Shown: positions 54,375 through 64,000 of the stretch, one piece after another
Layout of the letters: each line of letters opens with the position of its first letter
Numbering within the stretch: the stretch's first letter is position 1
Origin: a virus
IMG/VR virus record: IMGVR_UViG_3300041411_000085
Span: 23,004 to 87,003 of that record
DNA: 64,000 nt
Reading direction: 5' to 3' (one strand)
Program-made: the position numbers and the translations under genes
The notes under the pieces: generated by a model
What the model was told of the DNA's origin: nothing
Databases searched by the model: none
The model's input: the letters and a program-made list of their open reading frames with translations, nothing else

Positions 54375-56243
54375 TTATTGTTTTATAGGGAATTGGACAT
54401 TCACTTGATCAAAAGACTGAACAAACATATTTGCTACAGCTTCACCAATCGCTTGAGCTTGTGCATTTGCATCCATACCTTGGAGGGTAGAGCCATCAAC
54501 ATTAACTTCAATATTGATTTCATTACTATTGTTATTCACAATACCCACTGCTTTATCTTCAGCAGCAGCTTTAGCCATCTCTGCTTGTTGGTCATCATAC
54601 CCAGCAGCGTCTTGGTAATAGAGAGAGGTTGGATCATCATAAACTGCACGCCCTCTCTCACGGGCCTTGTTCATGTTAAAGCCAGTGTTGTTTATAATGT
54701 CGCCAACAATGGCTGCTGGTGAAGCATATTCCAGACCAAACAAATTAGCTTTTTCAGTGGAACTATTATTGGTTTCAGTGGTGGGCAATGTTCCACTCTT
54801 GAATTTCTGGAACTCTGCAATAGCATTGAAAATTCCAGCAATCTCTTTAGCTGTAGCTTCTAGGGTTGGCAGAAAGTCAAACTTGATAGTAGAAATATCG
54901 GTGAAGATTTGTTTAATATCAGACCAATCTTTTCTAAGTTGCTGAGTCTTGTCTATGCCAAGAAAATCACCAACAAGGCTGTCTTTTCCTTCTAATGCCC
55001 TGATAAATGATTGCGGGAAAAGGAGAAGATCATCTGCAAATTTAGTGGCTTTATTGAACTGCTCTGACAAGGTTCTTACTAACCCACCACTTTCACTCAA
55101 GCCAGCGTTTAGTGTGCGAAATATACGAGCAAAACCCTCTTCGATGCCAGAGTTTGATGCAACTACAGCAAGGTCATTCACAGAGTTCTGGTAACGGGCC
55201 TGTTCAGCTTGAGATGCAGTTGAAGCAGCACCCAAGGCGCCACCAGCATTAGCTCGTTGGGAAGCAGCAGCGCCCGCATAAGTCAGGATGTCACTAGTCA
55301 CCTTGCCTTTTTTCATATCAGCAAGCAGTTGCTGGATGGCTTCGGCACCAGTTTTGTTGCCACCAATTTGTTTCTGGTAAGCCTCAGCGAACAACGCAGT
55401 ACCGCCCGGCAGTGCTTCTGCTATTTGGCCAGTTAATTCTTCAGATTGAAGTTTACCTTTACCAGCAACTTGAGACAATGCTCGGAACAAACGGTTCTGA
55501 GTTGTCTTGTCAAGTTTATTTACACGGGCGAGTTCTGCAAAACCAGAGAATACTTTCTGGCTTTCACCAAGACCAACACCAGAGCCTGTCAGACCTGAAA
55601 TTAACTTATTATAGTCACCTGAAGCGTCAAGAAAATTGAATCCTACGCGGTTCGCTTCCGATCTTAAATACTGAAAAGAATCTGCACCTTGCTGAGCACT
55701 ACCACCAGCTTGTTGAACGACAGCGGATGTTTGGAGCTGTGCAGATACAACTTGTTGATTGCGTTGGTTTAGATTGGAAAGCCCATATCCGCCAAGACCT
55801 AGTGCTAATGCTGGACCAAACAGATTAGGCATACCGCGAAGTCCACCAACACCCCCCGCTACAGCACCAGCAGCTATTGCTTGGCGTGCTCCACCAGTTC
55901 CAGCGTGTACATTAGGTCTGATTGTAGCAGCCTGTCCAGCAACACGAGAAGCTTGAATAGTGGCTGCTGTCATTACACGATTTAGATGCATCTGATCTAC
56001 AGCAAATCTGCTGATTTCAAACACTAATCGAGAAGATGCAATATCTAGTGCTGTTCCTAGTGCAACATTCAACTTACGCTGATCAACATCAAAACTGCCA
56101 ATATTTAGTACAATTGGTTTATTAGCAAAAGTACCAAGACGCTTTAGTCGATTTTCAACATGGTTTAAAGCATTATCAACTTTCTTGACGGAGCCTTTAT
56201 CGACTTCAATGCTGAGTGAAGCAAAATATTTGGAAATTTGCAC
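54375..56243 (-). CDS. tape measure protein
   Basis: Ala/Gly-rich; ALSQVAGKGKLQSEELTGQIAE tape-measure motif. Confidence 0.88.
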   Translation of the reverse strand: MQISKYFASLSIEVDKGSVKKVDNALNHVENRLKRLGTFANKPIVLNIGSFDVDQRKLNVALGTALDIASSRLVFEISRFAVDQMHLNRVMTAATIQASRVAGQAATIRPNVHAGTGGARQAIAAGAVAGGVGGLRGMPNLFGPALALGLGGYGLSNLNQRNQQVVSAQLQTSAVVQQAGGSAQQGADSFQYLRSEANRVGFNFLDASGDYNKLISGLTGSGVGLGESQKVFSGFAELARVNKLDKTTQNRLFRALSQVAGKGKLQSEELTGQIAEALPGGTALFAEAYQKQIGGNKTGAEAIQQLLADMKKGKVTSDILTYAGAAASQRANAGGALGAASTASQAEQARYQNSVNDLAVVASNSGIEEGFARIFRTLNAGLSESGGLVRTLSEQFNKATKFADDLLLFPQSFIRALEGKDSLVGDFLGIDKTQQLRKDWSDIKQIFTDISTIKFDFLPTLEATAKEIAGIFNAIAEFQKFKSGTLPTTETNNSSTEKANLFGLEYASPAAIVGDIINNTGFNMNKARERGRAVYDDPTSLYYQDAAGYDDQQAEMAKAAAEDKAVGIVNNNSNEINIEVNVDGSTLQGMDANAQAQAIGEAVANMFVQSFDQVNVQFPIKQ

Positions 56244-56256
56244 TAATCATGCTCCG

Positions 56257-56481
56257 TCACTTTGGTTTATTTTTATCAGCTTTAGCTTTATCTACAGCTT
56301 GCTTATTTAAAGCATCGTACACGTCAAGAAATTCAAGGAGTTTCAAAAGCTGTCTAGTAGAGTATTTCCATTCCATTTCAGCAGCTAAAGCTAATCCACC
56401 CTTCTCATGCATAGCAATCCTATAGATGCTCCAGTGCTGAGAAAATGTCTTATCAATTTCTTTTTCTAGTTGTGTAGCCAA
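56257..56481 (-). CDS. tail assembly chaperone, C-terminal (frameshift) part
   Basis: In the -1 frame of the upstream chaperone; precedes the TMP. Confidence 0.6.
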   Translation of the reverse strand: MATQLEKEIDKTFSQHWSIYRIAMHEKGGLALAAEMEWKYSTRQLLKLLEFLDVYDALNKQAVDKAKADKNKPK

Positions 56482-56504
56482 TCTTCCCGACTCAGACTTT
56501 TCAG

Positions 56505-56825
56505 TTACTCTTCTGAATCGGGTGCCTGAAAAAGCTCTTCGAAATTAAAATTCAGCACCTCTTTATAGAGTTTATTGAGGTGTGCATACTTACGAGAGAA
56601 GGAGACGTCAAAAGACTTTTCAGTAATCTGCATGTTCTCTTTGGAGACATAGTTACAAATGATTTGTTTCATCTGACTAAGATCAGCCTTACCTTCATCA
56701 ATAGCTGCCTGATGCTTTTCAATAAACATCAAACCCTTAGTTGCAGGCATTGCTGTTACAAGATATTCAATATCATCAACTGTAATAGTTGTTTGTTCAA
56801 GTACTTCAAATTTTGGAGCTGCCAT
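56505..56825 (-). CDS. tail assembly chaperone
   Basis: Position between the tube genes and the TMP. Confidence 0.7.
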   Translation of the reverse strand: MAAPKFEVLEQTTITVDDIEYLVTAMPATKGLMFIEKHQAAIDEGKADLSQMKQIICNYVSKENMQITEKSFDVSFSRKYAHLNKLYKEVLNFNFEELFQAPDSEE

Positions 56826-56846
56826 TTATTTTATCTCAGAATTAAA

Positions 56847-57344
56847 TTAAAACAAACCTTCAACAAAGCTAGTAGCTTCTTTCAAGGCGCCGTCAAACAA
56901 CGAAGTACTAGGCCGGGAGTTCCCGTAAACCTTGAACGTATCAGTTGTTTGACAAAAGATTTCCCAGTTTCTGTATTCGAACTGTCCAGAAAAGGTGGCT
57001 GAAGGGTAGCCAGTAATAAAAGCTTCATTGGAGTTGAATACAGAACGACCTGAGTTATCCTTAAGAGTCAGTGCAATCCTTGCAGTTCCTTCTTCTAGGT
57101 CAAGCTCGTGAATATACGAAAGTACATCATTGCTTTGCGAGGATTGAAGAATTGGGAAAGTAAGTGTTGCAGAGGTGTCACGATTAGGTACACGAGTATT
57201 TTTACCTCGGATACCCCTTATAGGAGTAAAACCTTTTACAGACCTTGTAATACTAATTGACTGCCAGCCAGTAACTTGATACCCACCTATGATCAGCACA
57301 ACATCTTTTGGACTGTAGGTCTTAACATCAAAAGTATTAGCCAT
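56847..57344 (-). CDS. tail tube-like protein
   Basis: TYSPKDV...SNDVL; paralog of its neighbours. Confidence 0.65.
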   Translation of the reverse strand: MANTFDVKTYSPKDVVLIIGGYQVTGWQSISITRSVKGFTPIRGIRGKNTRVPNRDTSATLTFPILQSSQSNDVLSYIHELDLEEGTARIALTLKDNSGRSVFNSNEAFITGYPSATFSGQFEYRNWEIFCQTTDTFKVYGNSRPSTSLFDGALKEATSFVEGLF

Positions 57345-57847
57345 TAGATAATACCTTCAATAGTTGGGATGGCTGAAATGGCAAGGTTAACAAGACTACC
57401 AAGAATAGACGAGGCGTCTCCATTCCCGCCAATGTTGATAATTGCTTGTGAAGATCTTAACACCCAAGTTCTGCTATCAAAGTTATTACTTTTAACAATC
57501 GAGGCAGGAGATTCAATCCACGTGGTAGTTGAGAAGAACATATCACTACCACTAGAATCACGAATCATAAGAGGAAACTTACCACGTTGGGTAATCTCAT
57601 CTAACTGCCAGAATTTAGTTAATACATCATTCGAGTCACTACCACTGTAAAGCGTTAGTGTAATTGTATATGTTTGATCATTGTTATAAAGGCGTGCAAC
57701 CGTTCCGTCTGGTGTTCTAGTTGAACTGAATGGTATGATATCTTTTCTTACTTCTAAGAAGGTTCCATCCACAAAACCAGATATTGGAAGTAACCCACCA
57801 ATCAGAACGTTAACTTCCTCTGGAATATAAGTAGCTAATTGAGTCAT
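57344..57847 (-). CDS. tail tube-like protein
   Basis: TYIPEEV...GFVDGTF...SDSNDVL. Confidence 0.65.
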   Translation of the reverse strand: MTQLATYIPEEVNVLIGGLLPISGFVDGTFLEVRKDIIPFSSTRTPDGTVARLYNNDQTYTITLTLYSGSDSNDVLTKFWQLDEITQRGKFPLMIRDSSGSDMFFSTTTWIESPASIVKSNNFDSRTWVLRSSQAIINIGGNGDASSILGSLVNLAISAIPTIEGII

Positions 57848-57899
57848 TTAATATTCCTTGGTGGAAAGAGGGTAAGTTCATTACCCTCAGTATAATTAC

Positions 57900-58421
57900 T
57901 TACAACTGCCAACGAGCAGGTACTTCAGCACCAAGAGCTTCCATTGCAGCGACTTCAGCAGAGTCGAAGCGGGTATTGCTGCCGACGTTATAACTCAAGC
58001 TTACAGCTTGAAGTACCCAATCACGAGTCTCGGTAGTACTCGACAAAGTGGTGTCTGGAACTGTTGCCACGAAAGCTTGATTACTGGAGAACAAAGTTGT
58101 ACCACTTGTATCTTTTGCGGTAAGTGCCACAACCCAATTATCAGAATCATCTTCTTCATCAGCACGTTGCAGAGCTTGCAACACAGCATTAGAAGGACTA
58201 AATTGATGCAGAGTTAGTGTAATAGTTGCAGCTTTATTACGACGTTTAACACGACCTGCCGAAAGATCAGATCCTACATACAGCTCTGAAGCGGGTGTGA
58301 TTCGACTGACGTTTAGGAAAGTGCCATCCGCATACCCTTGAATAGTATGGACAAATTCACCCTTACTCAAAACAATTACAACAGACTCTGGGCTATAGTT
58401 ACCTAAGAGAGCATCTGCCAT
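57900..58421 (-). CDS. tail tube protein
   Basis: NYSPESV...GYADGTF...SPSNAVL; first tube-like gene after the sheath. Confidence 0.75.
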   Translation of the reverse strand: MADALLGNYSPESVVIVLSKGEFVHTIQGYADGTFLNVSRITPASELYVGSDLSAGRVKRRNKAATITLTLHQFSPSNAVLQALQRADEEDDSDNWVVALTAKDTSGTTLFSSNQAFVATVPDTTLSSTTETRDWVLQAVSLSYNVGSNTRFDSAEVAAMEALGAEVPARWQL

Positions 58422-59234
58422 TTAAACCTCTATATTTTCATTAATTTTATAAGAAAATCTAGGGTCTTTATTTTTAAGTCCTCTAGATATTGTGCATGCC
58501 GAATAATTTGAAAACTCTCCGGCCAGTTTAAGTGAATCATAAAGCATATCATCTACATAAACAGCTTTTGAATTTGGACAAAGAGCACCTGTTTTCCCCG
58601 TTGTTGGGTGATCTAAACCGCAGGTTTCAGGTTTGCCCTGTTGTTCAATAAAACCGTCATATATTCTTTTTCTTAGTGCAGGTATTGTCTTATTTAATAT
58701 TTCAGAGGCAGTTTTAAAATTATCAAACCAAAAACCTGCAATATAAACAGGTTTATCAATTAAATACTTAACCTTACTCTTACTAATATAATCCCCAGCT
58801 CGACCTTCCCTGATCATTGCGTAAAGTCCGCCTTTGGATATTGAAACATATCTTAGGCAAGTTCTAGCATTTGGAAACCAAAACCCCATTACATATAAAG
58901 GAGTATCGTCACTTCTGCTTGCAACCTTATGGCCGGAACCGCCCTCACCACCTGAGCGTATGTTGTAACCATTATTTATAGAGTCATAAGCTATAATAGC
59001 TTTCTTTTCTAGTTCAATAATATACTCACGAGATCCTTCACAAAGAACTATCAGTTCAAAGTTTTCAGGGTCGTGTTTATCAATAGCCAATTGTATAATA
59101 GAAATAGTCTTCTTGGATCTATGTTTGTAGTGCTGATACTTTCGCTTTTCAACATCCCCAGTCATTCCAATGTAAACTTTATCATTAACACTATTTACAA
59201 TTTTATAAAGATAGTAAGATTTAACAGAATTCAT
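58422..59234 (-). CDS. free-standing GIY-YIG homing endonuclease
   Basis: YYLYKIVNSVNDKVYIG...R...ELEK..I...GYN; repeated C-terminal DNA-binding modules. Confidence 0.88.
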   Translation of the reverse strand: MNSVKSYYLYKIVNSVNDKVYIGMTGDVEKRKYQHYKHRSKKTISIIQLAIDKHDPENFELIVLCEGSREYIIELEKKAIIAYDSINNGYNIRSGGEGGSGHKVASRSDDTPLYVMGFWFPNARTCLRYVSISKGGLYAMIREGRAGDYISKSKVKYLIDKPVYIAGFWFDNFKTASEILNKTIPALRKRIYDGFIEQQGKPETCGLDHPTTGKTGALCPNSKAVYVDDMLYDSLKLAGEFSNYSACTISRGLKNKDPRFSYKINENIEV

Positions 59235-59290
59235 GCAGCCTCCTAGATAATTTGACCGACTAGTCTATCATATAAAAGGCTGCAATTCAA
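59234..59290 (-). promoter_or_regulatory. promoter plus RBS-sequestering hairpin for the endonuclease
   Basis: TTGAAT-17-TAGACT; TGCAGCCTTTT pairs with AGGAGGCTGCA. Confidence 0.65.
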
Positions 59291-59294
59291 TAGG

Positions 59295-60578
59295 TCAAAC
59301 TGCTAAGAACCCGTTGATGATTACTTTTCTGATGGACCCTGCCAAGCGGACGCGGAACTGGAATACACCAGCGGTACGCAACGCACGGAGGTTAGCTGGG
59401 ATATCCAATACGTCAGGAACGGTGACGCTCCAACCTCGATCAATAGCCCCGTTCGCTTCAGCTTGAGACAAAACAGAACGGATCTCATTTTCGATAATTA
59501 CCAAACCTGCGTTTGTCATCGGAATTTTAAGGGTATTTACTAGGCGGAAATAAATTTGTTCCTGAAGGCGGGCATAAAGCCAATCTTCAATGATTACTTG
59601 GTCAATCGGTGTGCCATCAAACATGTTACCATCTTGGAAGACGTTTACACCACCAACAGTGGTATACATGTTCATATTCTTAGCACGGAGATTTACACGA
59701 GCAGTGTCATTCAGTTTACTTACAGTTGCACCAACACCACGCTTGAAGTCCCAATCATTGGAACCGGGAGTGTAAGCCAGTTGACTACCCATCCAAACAG
59801 CTTCTGGATATTCAGCGTCTGCTGTAGGAAGGTAAACACCGTAAGTACGCCCGGCACTAATAGAGTCTAGAATATAGGCAATGTCAGTAGTACCAGTTGT
59901 AGGAACCACTGTATCTTGGCTAGAAGTACCGAAGATTTTACGACGTGCTTGAATAGCTGCACTGAGTGCCTGTACATCAGCAGAAGTATGGGTTTCAGTA
60001 ACCAAGGCATACCAAACATCATTGTCATCGCTAACTGCTGTAAGTGCGTCTGCCCAAGTCTCAGTTGGTGCAGCGTTTACAGCTACGAGGTTAACAGATG
60101 CAATAACACTCCAAGCAGTGCCTGCAACAGTTGCGGCAAGTGTCAGAGTAGTGGTGCCAGTAACAGTAATACCAGTTGGGCTACCAATGGCTGCTTTAAG
60201 ACCCGTTACAATAGTGGTTGCTGTTGCACCAACACCAGAGGTAAAGGTATAAACAATACCATTAAGAGTAACGGTATAGGCAGTGCTATCAGCGACAGTT
60301 GGTGTAAAGGTTACGCTATCAACTTGTCTACGCCCAATTACAATACTTGGAGGAACTGCACCAACAGTGGACTGACCAAACAGTTTCTGAGCAATGGTGT
60401 ATACTTTGTCAGTAGAACTGAAATCATCAGTTACAGCATCGAAATCTGTATAGGTACGGGTGCGTTCAGAGAAGTTCGTGAAGGCTGCAAGAATCAAAGG
60501 AATCTGGAAAGAAGCAGTTGCCACTGGAGTGGACTCACGGGTCAACGTGATTTGGATAATCTGGTCAAGCTCGCTCAT
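59295..60578 (-). CDS. tail sheath protein (DUF3383-like)
   Basis: PGSNDWDFK, DWLYARLQE and KIPMTNAG motifs; 427 aa. Confidence 0.88.
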   Translation of the reverse strand: MSELDQIIQITLTRESTPVATASFQIPLILAAFTNFSERTRTYTDFDAVTDDFSSTDKVYTIAQKLFGQSTVGAVPPSIVIGRRQVDSVTFTPTVADSTAYTVTLNGIVYTFTSGVGATATTIVTGLKAAIGSPTGITVTGTTTLTLAATVAGTAWSVIASVNLVAVNAAPTETWADALTAVSDDNDVWYALVTETHTSADVQALSAAIQARRKIFGTSSQDTVVPTTGTTDIAYILDSISAGRTYGVYLPTADAEYPEAVWMGSQLAYTPGSNDWDFKRGVGATVSKLNDTARVNLRAKNMNMYTTVGGVNVFQDGNMFDGTPIDQVIIEDWLYARLQEQIYFRLVNTLKIPMTNAGLVIIENEIRSVLSQAEANGAIDRGWSVTVPDVLDIPANLRALRTAGVFQFRVRLAGSIRKVIINGFLAV

Positions 60579-60664
60579 GCGGCTACCTCACTTTGTTGAA
60601 AAGACATTCGTTAATCCTTAATTAGACTTTATTTATATTGCGGCATACGAATGCCTTCTGTTAC

Positions 60665-61204
60665 TTAATACGGAGGAATTGGACCTTCTGGAACTCTAAA
60701 GATACTAGGTTCAGCTAGGTTCTCAACAATTACAGCTTCAATCAAATCTATAACTTGAGTGCTACAGACTGTGTAGGAAAATGTCACGTCGATATTGTGA
60801 TATTCAACCCACTTAGTATCTCGTTTCTGTGGGGCTCTGCGGATCTGACTTTTCCTCATAACTCCAAGTTTGTTTCTTCCAAGTTCTTCGAAGACAAGGC
60901 AGTTATTATTTATACGCTGAGTAAAACTTTGAGACATATCACCCGACAAACTACCAACAAAACTGAATTGGGCCATTACTTCGTAACTGGCTTGTATAGT
61001 TTGTGTCTCTGTATTTTCATTCAATCGAGTAGAAGTACTATGGTGGCCCTGCTGTTCAATATTGAGAATGTTCACAACAACATAACTCTCAGCAGGTTCT
61101 GCACCATTTCCGTGACTGAAAATCACTTGTGGGTTTGTAAATTCTGAAAGGGCTGCTAAAGCACCTTTACGTATGCTAGCCCGTACATCACTGTAGACTG
61201 ACAT
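60665..61204 (-). CDS. tail terminator / neck protein
   Basis: Synteny upstream of the sheath. Confidence 0.65.
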   Translation of the reverse strand: MSVYSDVRASIRKGALAALSEFTNPQVIFSHGNGAEPAESYVVVNILNIEQQGHHSTSTRLNENTETQTIQASYEVMAQFSFVGSLSGDMSQSFTQRINNNCLVFEELGRNKLGVMRKSQIRRAPQKRDTKWVEYHNIDVTFSYTVCSTQVIDLIEAVIVENLAEPSIFRVPEGPIPPY

Positions 61205-61695
61205 CAGTTAACACCTTTCTTATCTACTTTAAAATCAATAGACTCATAAAGAAGTCCACTGTCAATCAGTGGGTTGTCAAACCCTTTAAGGTCAATCGTA
61301 TACGGGCTGTTACGTGGTGAATCCCACATCTCAACAGCTTCTTTCAAGTCAACCCTAGCCATGGCACCAATCCTTATGTACTCTTGTTTGAAGGTGCTTT
61401 TTCCCTCGGCAATACGCTGAATGCTTTCAACAAAATAAGAGTCGTAAAGTCCTTTTTTAATCGGAGCCATAAAGCCAACTCTAATAGCTGGTCGTGTCGG
61501 GATATTCTGAGCTGGTACGCCCTCCTCTTGCCATTGCCAAACTTGAGCAACAGAGAGGTTATCGTTATCACTTCCGTAATAGGTGGGTTCAACAATACCA
61601 ACTTGAACTTCTAATTGACTGCCCTTGAGAAGTTCCTTTTTCATTTTCTCCCAGCCAGACTTATCAACCTTCAACTTAAAAGACATTTTTGCCAT
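61204..61695 (-). CDS. neck / tail completion protein
   Basis: IPTRPAIR...NSPYT...KGFDNPLIDSG. Confidence 0.7.
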   Translation of the reverse strand: MAKMSFKLKVDKSGWEKMKKELLKGSQLEVQVGIVEPTYYGSDNDNLSVAQVWQWQEEGVPAQNIPTRPAIRVGFMAPIKKGLYDSYFVESIQRIAEGKSTFKQEYIRIGAMARVDLKEAVEMWDSPRNSPYTIDLKGFDNPLIDSGLLYESIDFKVDKKGVN

Positions 61696-61699
61696 CCTT

Positions 61700-62074
61700 T
61701 TAGTTTGGGGTTAGTTCTATGCGAGCTGCTTGAATTTTAACGTGCTCAAGAATTCCCATTCCGTTGGTCCAATCATCAACCTTCATAATCTTATAACGAT
61801 CATTCTTCCAAATGAACTCATCAGCATCCCAGCCTGAAGTTCCCTCTTTAAGAGTACGGGCATAATCAGCAGAGTAAAACTTAACCCAAACTCTTGTCCT
61901 GTCAGCTTCAGGAAGCATCATGATTTCATAAGGTTTCAGCGGTTGGATATTTACTTGAAGAGGTACTTCAGTAACAGTGCCCTCGACCCAATCACCATCA
62001 ACAAATGAGCCAGATGTTTGTCTGTAGATTGTCAGAGGAATCTTATGCGTTAAAAGGAATTGTGGTTTTAGCAT
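61700..62074 (-). CDS. head closure (stopper) protein
   Basis: NIQP...LPEADR; synteny. Confidence 0.7.
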   Translation of the reverse strand: MLKPQFLLTHKIPLTIYRQTSGSFVDGDWVEGTVTEVPLQVNIQPLKPYEIMMLPEADRTRVWVKFYSADYARTLKEGTSGWDADEFIWKNDRYKIMKVDDWTNGMGILEHVKIQAARIELTPN

Positions 62075-62082
62075 ATCAACTC

Positions 62083-62523
62083 CTAATAAACAAAAGTATC
62101 ACCAGCAGCATGACAACTATCACATCCACATCCTGTTTCACAACAAACTGCTTCCCTGCAATTATCGCCATCACAAACTTCAATGTTCATGAGTTTACTT
62201 GGGCAACTGTTAGCAGACCAAGGCATCAAACCCATTGGAATCAATACTGTAGGATTATTAATGAAGTTACCAAGAGCAGCTAAGTAGTTCTTAGCGTAGT
62301 CAGACCAAACTTCAATGTCACCAGTCCTTTCCCTCGTACTGTAACCGGCAATCGTAAACGATGCAGAGATAGCAGCCATTCGGGCAGCCTGATATACATT
62401 CTGATTATTCAGATCAAGAAACTGTTGAATTTCTACATCTGAGAAAATAGGGTAAAACGGATTACTTGGAACGTTACCAATCAAAAGATTAACTTGTTCC
62501 ACAGGGGTCATAGCCATAGCCAC
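62083..62523 (-). CDS. head-tail adaptor
   Basis: VNLLIG...FSDVEIQQFL; Cys-rich tail. Confidence 0.65.
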   Translation of the reverse strand: MAMAMTPVEQVNLLIGNVPSNPFYPIFSDVEIQQFLDLNNQNVYQAARMAAISASFTIAGYSTRERTGDIEVWSDYAKNYLAALGNFINNPTVLIPMGLMPWSANSCPSKLMNIEVCDGDNCREAVCCETGCGCDSCHAAGDTFVY

Positions 62524-62566
62524 TCCTTATTTATTAAAGGAGGGCAGAATTAACCGCCCTTTATAC

Positions 62567-62794
62567 TTAAGCAGCAGGCATAATACCGGCAGCAATCAAT
62601 TTAGTAAGCAGTGCATTATAAGCAGCAGTTGCAGCAGCAAGGTTTGCAAATTCAGCAGCCTGTGCAGTGAAAGTAATTTGTTTTACTTTACCAGCCAGTG
62701 CAGTTGTTGCAGCGGGAACCAGAGCACCAGTTGCTACTTTTGCATCCATCTCTTGTGCAGCAAAGATCCAACCATTTTTAGTTGTTACAGCCAT
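62567..62794 (-). CDS. head fibre / decoration-like small protein
   Basis: PAATTALAGKVKQ...YNALLTKLIAAGIM. Confidence 0.6.
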   Translation of the reverse strand: MAVTTKNGWIFAAQEMDAKVATGALVPAATTALAGKVKQITFTAQAAEFANLAAATAAYNALLTKLIAAGIMPAA

Positions 62795-62816
62795 ATTCTT
62801 TTACTCCGTCAATAAG

Positions 62817-62843
62817 GGGAGGGGACACTACGTCCCCATCTCC
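62817..62843 (-). terminator. hairpin after the major capsid gene
   Basis: GGGGAC/GTCCCC stem; weak U-tract. Confidence 0.45.
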
Positions 62844-62852
62844 ATTTGATTC

Positions 62853-63920
62853 TTAGGTCAACGACAGACGCACGATAGCTTCTGGATTCAAGCAAGCGTT
62901 CAAGAAGTTCTGTTCAGTCATGATTTCGATCTGATCATCTTTCTCGTTCAGGTATTCGAAGAAATAGCTACCCTGAGCACGACGGTTGATACTGCCAAAA
63001 CGGTTAGCCGGAGCGTAGTAGGTTTTGAGGAAGTTACGGACACCAACAGGCATCATGTAAGCATCACCTTCTGGAATGAACGGTACGAAAGTACCAGCAG
63101 CATTCTCATAACCAGCAGCGCCAGCATTGATAAAGGTCATGCCAAATACGCTCATCATTTCAAAGCGAGCATCCAGACCCGGTACATCAACACCACCAGC
63201 ACCCAACAGGATACGGGTAGCTTGACCTTGATCTACATACTTGAATGCGTCAGTTACATAAGCATTCTGTTGAACAGCGTTGTAGTACGAATCAGAGCAC
63301 AGGACAACGAACGAACGTACAGTACCAGCTTGACCATCACGCAATGCGTTACGGGTAGCTTTCTTAGCATCATTGAAGTCTGCACGAGGATCTGTAGCCG
63401 AGGACAGGTCGGTAACAATCTCAATACGGGTAACACCAAATTCAGTGTAGAAGTTGGTAACTACAGTGGCACGAGGTGCATACACAGTACCAGTGGTGAT
63501 CAACTGCATACGAGCAGCTTCTTTGGTAAGTGCGTGAGCTTCACGAACATCAATCATCTTGTCAGCGCGAACCGACGCAACAGTTTCCAGTTCAGCAAAC
63601 TCTGCCAGCGAACCAGCCTGTACAATGCCATCGACATCGTTAGGGGTGATTGCATCGTCCAGTGGGAAGTGAGGGATTTTCAGCAGCAGGGAATCTTGTT
63701 CACGACCAGCGATAGTTTGGTTACGCTCATCCCAGTTACGATCTTCCAGCAGATGGGATTTACGGGTACTACGAGTAATCTCGATAGTTTTCTGGGTGGA
63801 GTATACATCTTCAAACAGACCCAGTGCATTGGTGATACCAACGGTGTTGGGGATTACAATCAGCGAATCGGTACGGTCAACAACTTTACCGAGGTTCTGA
63901 CGATCTAGTACAATAGCCAT
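62853..63920 (-). CDS. major capsid protein (phage capsid E family, HK97 fold)
   Basis: 355 aa; IPHFPLDDAI, TNFYTEFG, YYAPA and P.AIV motifs; strong codon bias; AAGGA RBS. Confidence 0.9.
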   Translation of the reverse strand: MAIVLDRQNLGKVVDRTDSLIVIPNTVGITNALGLFEDVYSTQKTIEITRSTRKSHLLEDRNWDERNQTIAGREQDSLLLKIPHFPLDDAITPNDVDGIVQAGSLAEFAELETVASVRADKMIDVREAHALTKEAARMQLITTGTVYAPRATVVTNFYTEFGVTRIEIVTDLSSATDPRADFNDAKKATRNALRDGQAGTVRSFVVLCSDSYYNAVQQNAYVTDAFKYVDQGQATRILLGAGGVDVPGLDARFEMMSVFGMTFINAGAAGYENAAGTFVPFIPEGDAYMMPVGVRNFLKTYYAPANRFGSINRRAQGSYFFEYLNEKDDQIEIMTEQNFLNACLNPEAIVRLSLT

Positions 63921-64000
63921 ATTATTTATATTTCCTTAGCTTGGAGAGTTTGTTTAAACAGTCGCTTAAACTGTTTTAAGTACTTGGATGCCTTGTTGTT

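Noticed and set aside
60628-60640. T4-type late promoter TATAAATA upstream of the sheath gene (also near 63923-63930)
   Set aside because: The second copy lies between the SD and the start codon, no gp55-like sigma factor is in the window, and the genome is AT-rich, so chance is likely.
59556-63908. Long + strand ORFs antisense to the sheath and capsid genes (59916-60599, 63222-63908), and similar antisense ORFs at 31749-32396 and 39348-40106
   Set aside because: They are shadows of strongly codon-biased real genes, with no SD and no recognisable motifs.
1-64000. tRNA, rRNA, integrase or repressor
   Set aside because: No cloverleaf with a TTCGA T-loop in intergenic space and no recombinase motifs were recognised; a tRNAscan-SE or ARAGORN run would be decisive.

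Overview
This window is 64 kb of an AT-rich, lytic myovirus genome. The host is most likely Pseudomonas, inferred from a Pseudomonas-type PHA depolymerase. Layout: (1) 1-6.75 kb, + strand: small genes including a PhaZ-like depolymerase, an HExxH protein, a PD-(D/E)XK protein and a NUMOD4-HNH endonuclease. (2) About 6.75-7.5 kb: a largely non-coding convergent junction with dyad repeats and hairpins. (3) 7.5-24.6 kb, - strand: an early/accessory block of about 55 tiny genes driven by many sigma70-type promoters, three of them fused to terminators, plus a C5 DNA methyltransferase and a compact PolA/T7-RNAP-superfamily polymerase. (4) 24.7-45.3 kb, + strand: replication and nucleotide metabolism, including a T7-like primase-helicase, a family-B DNA polymerase split in two by a GIY-YIG endonuclease gene with no visible intron, SSB, exonuclease, ThyX, class II RNR and RNA ligase 2. 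(5) 45.4-64 kb, - strand: lysis cassette, tail fibre, baseplate, tape measure, tube, sheath, neck and major capsid genes. No tRNA, rRNA, CRISPR array or integrase was recognised. All functional calls come from motif recognition by eye; no database search was run.
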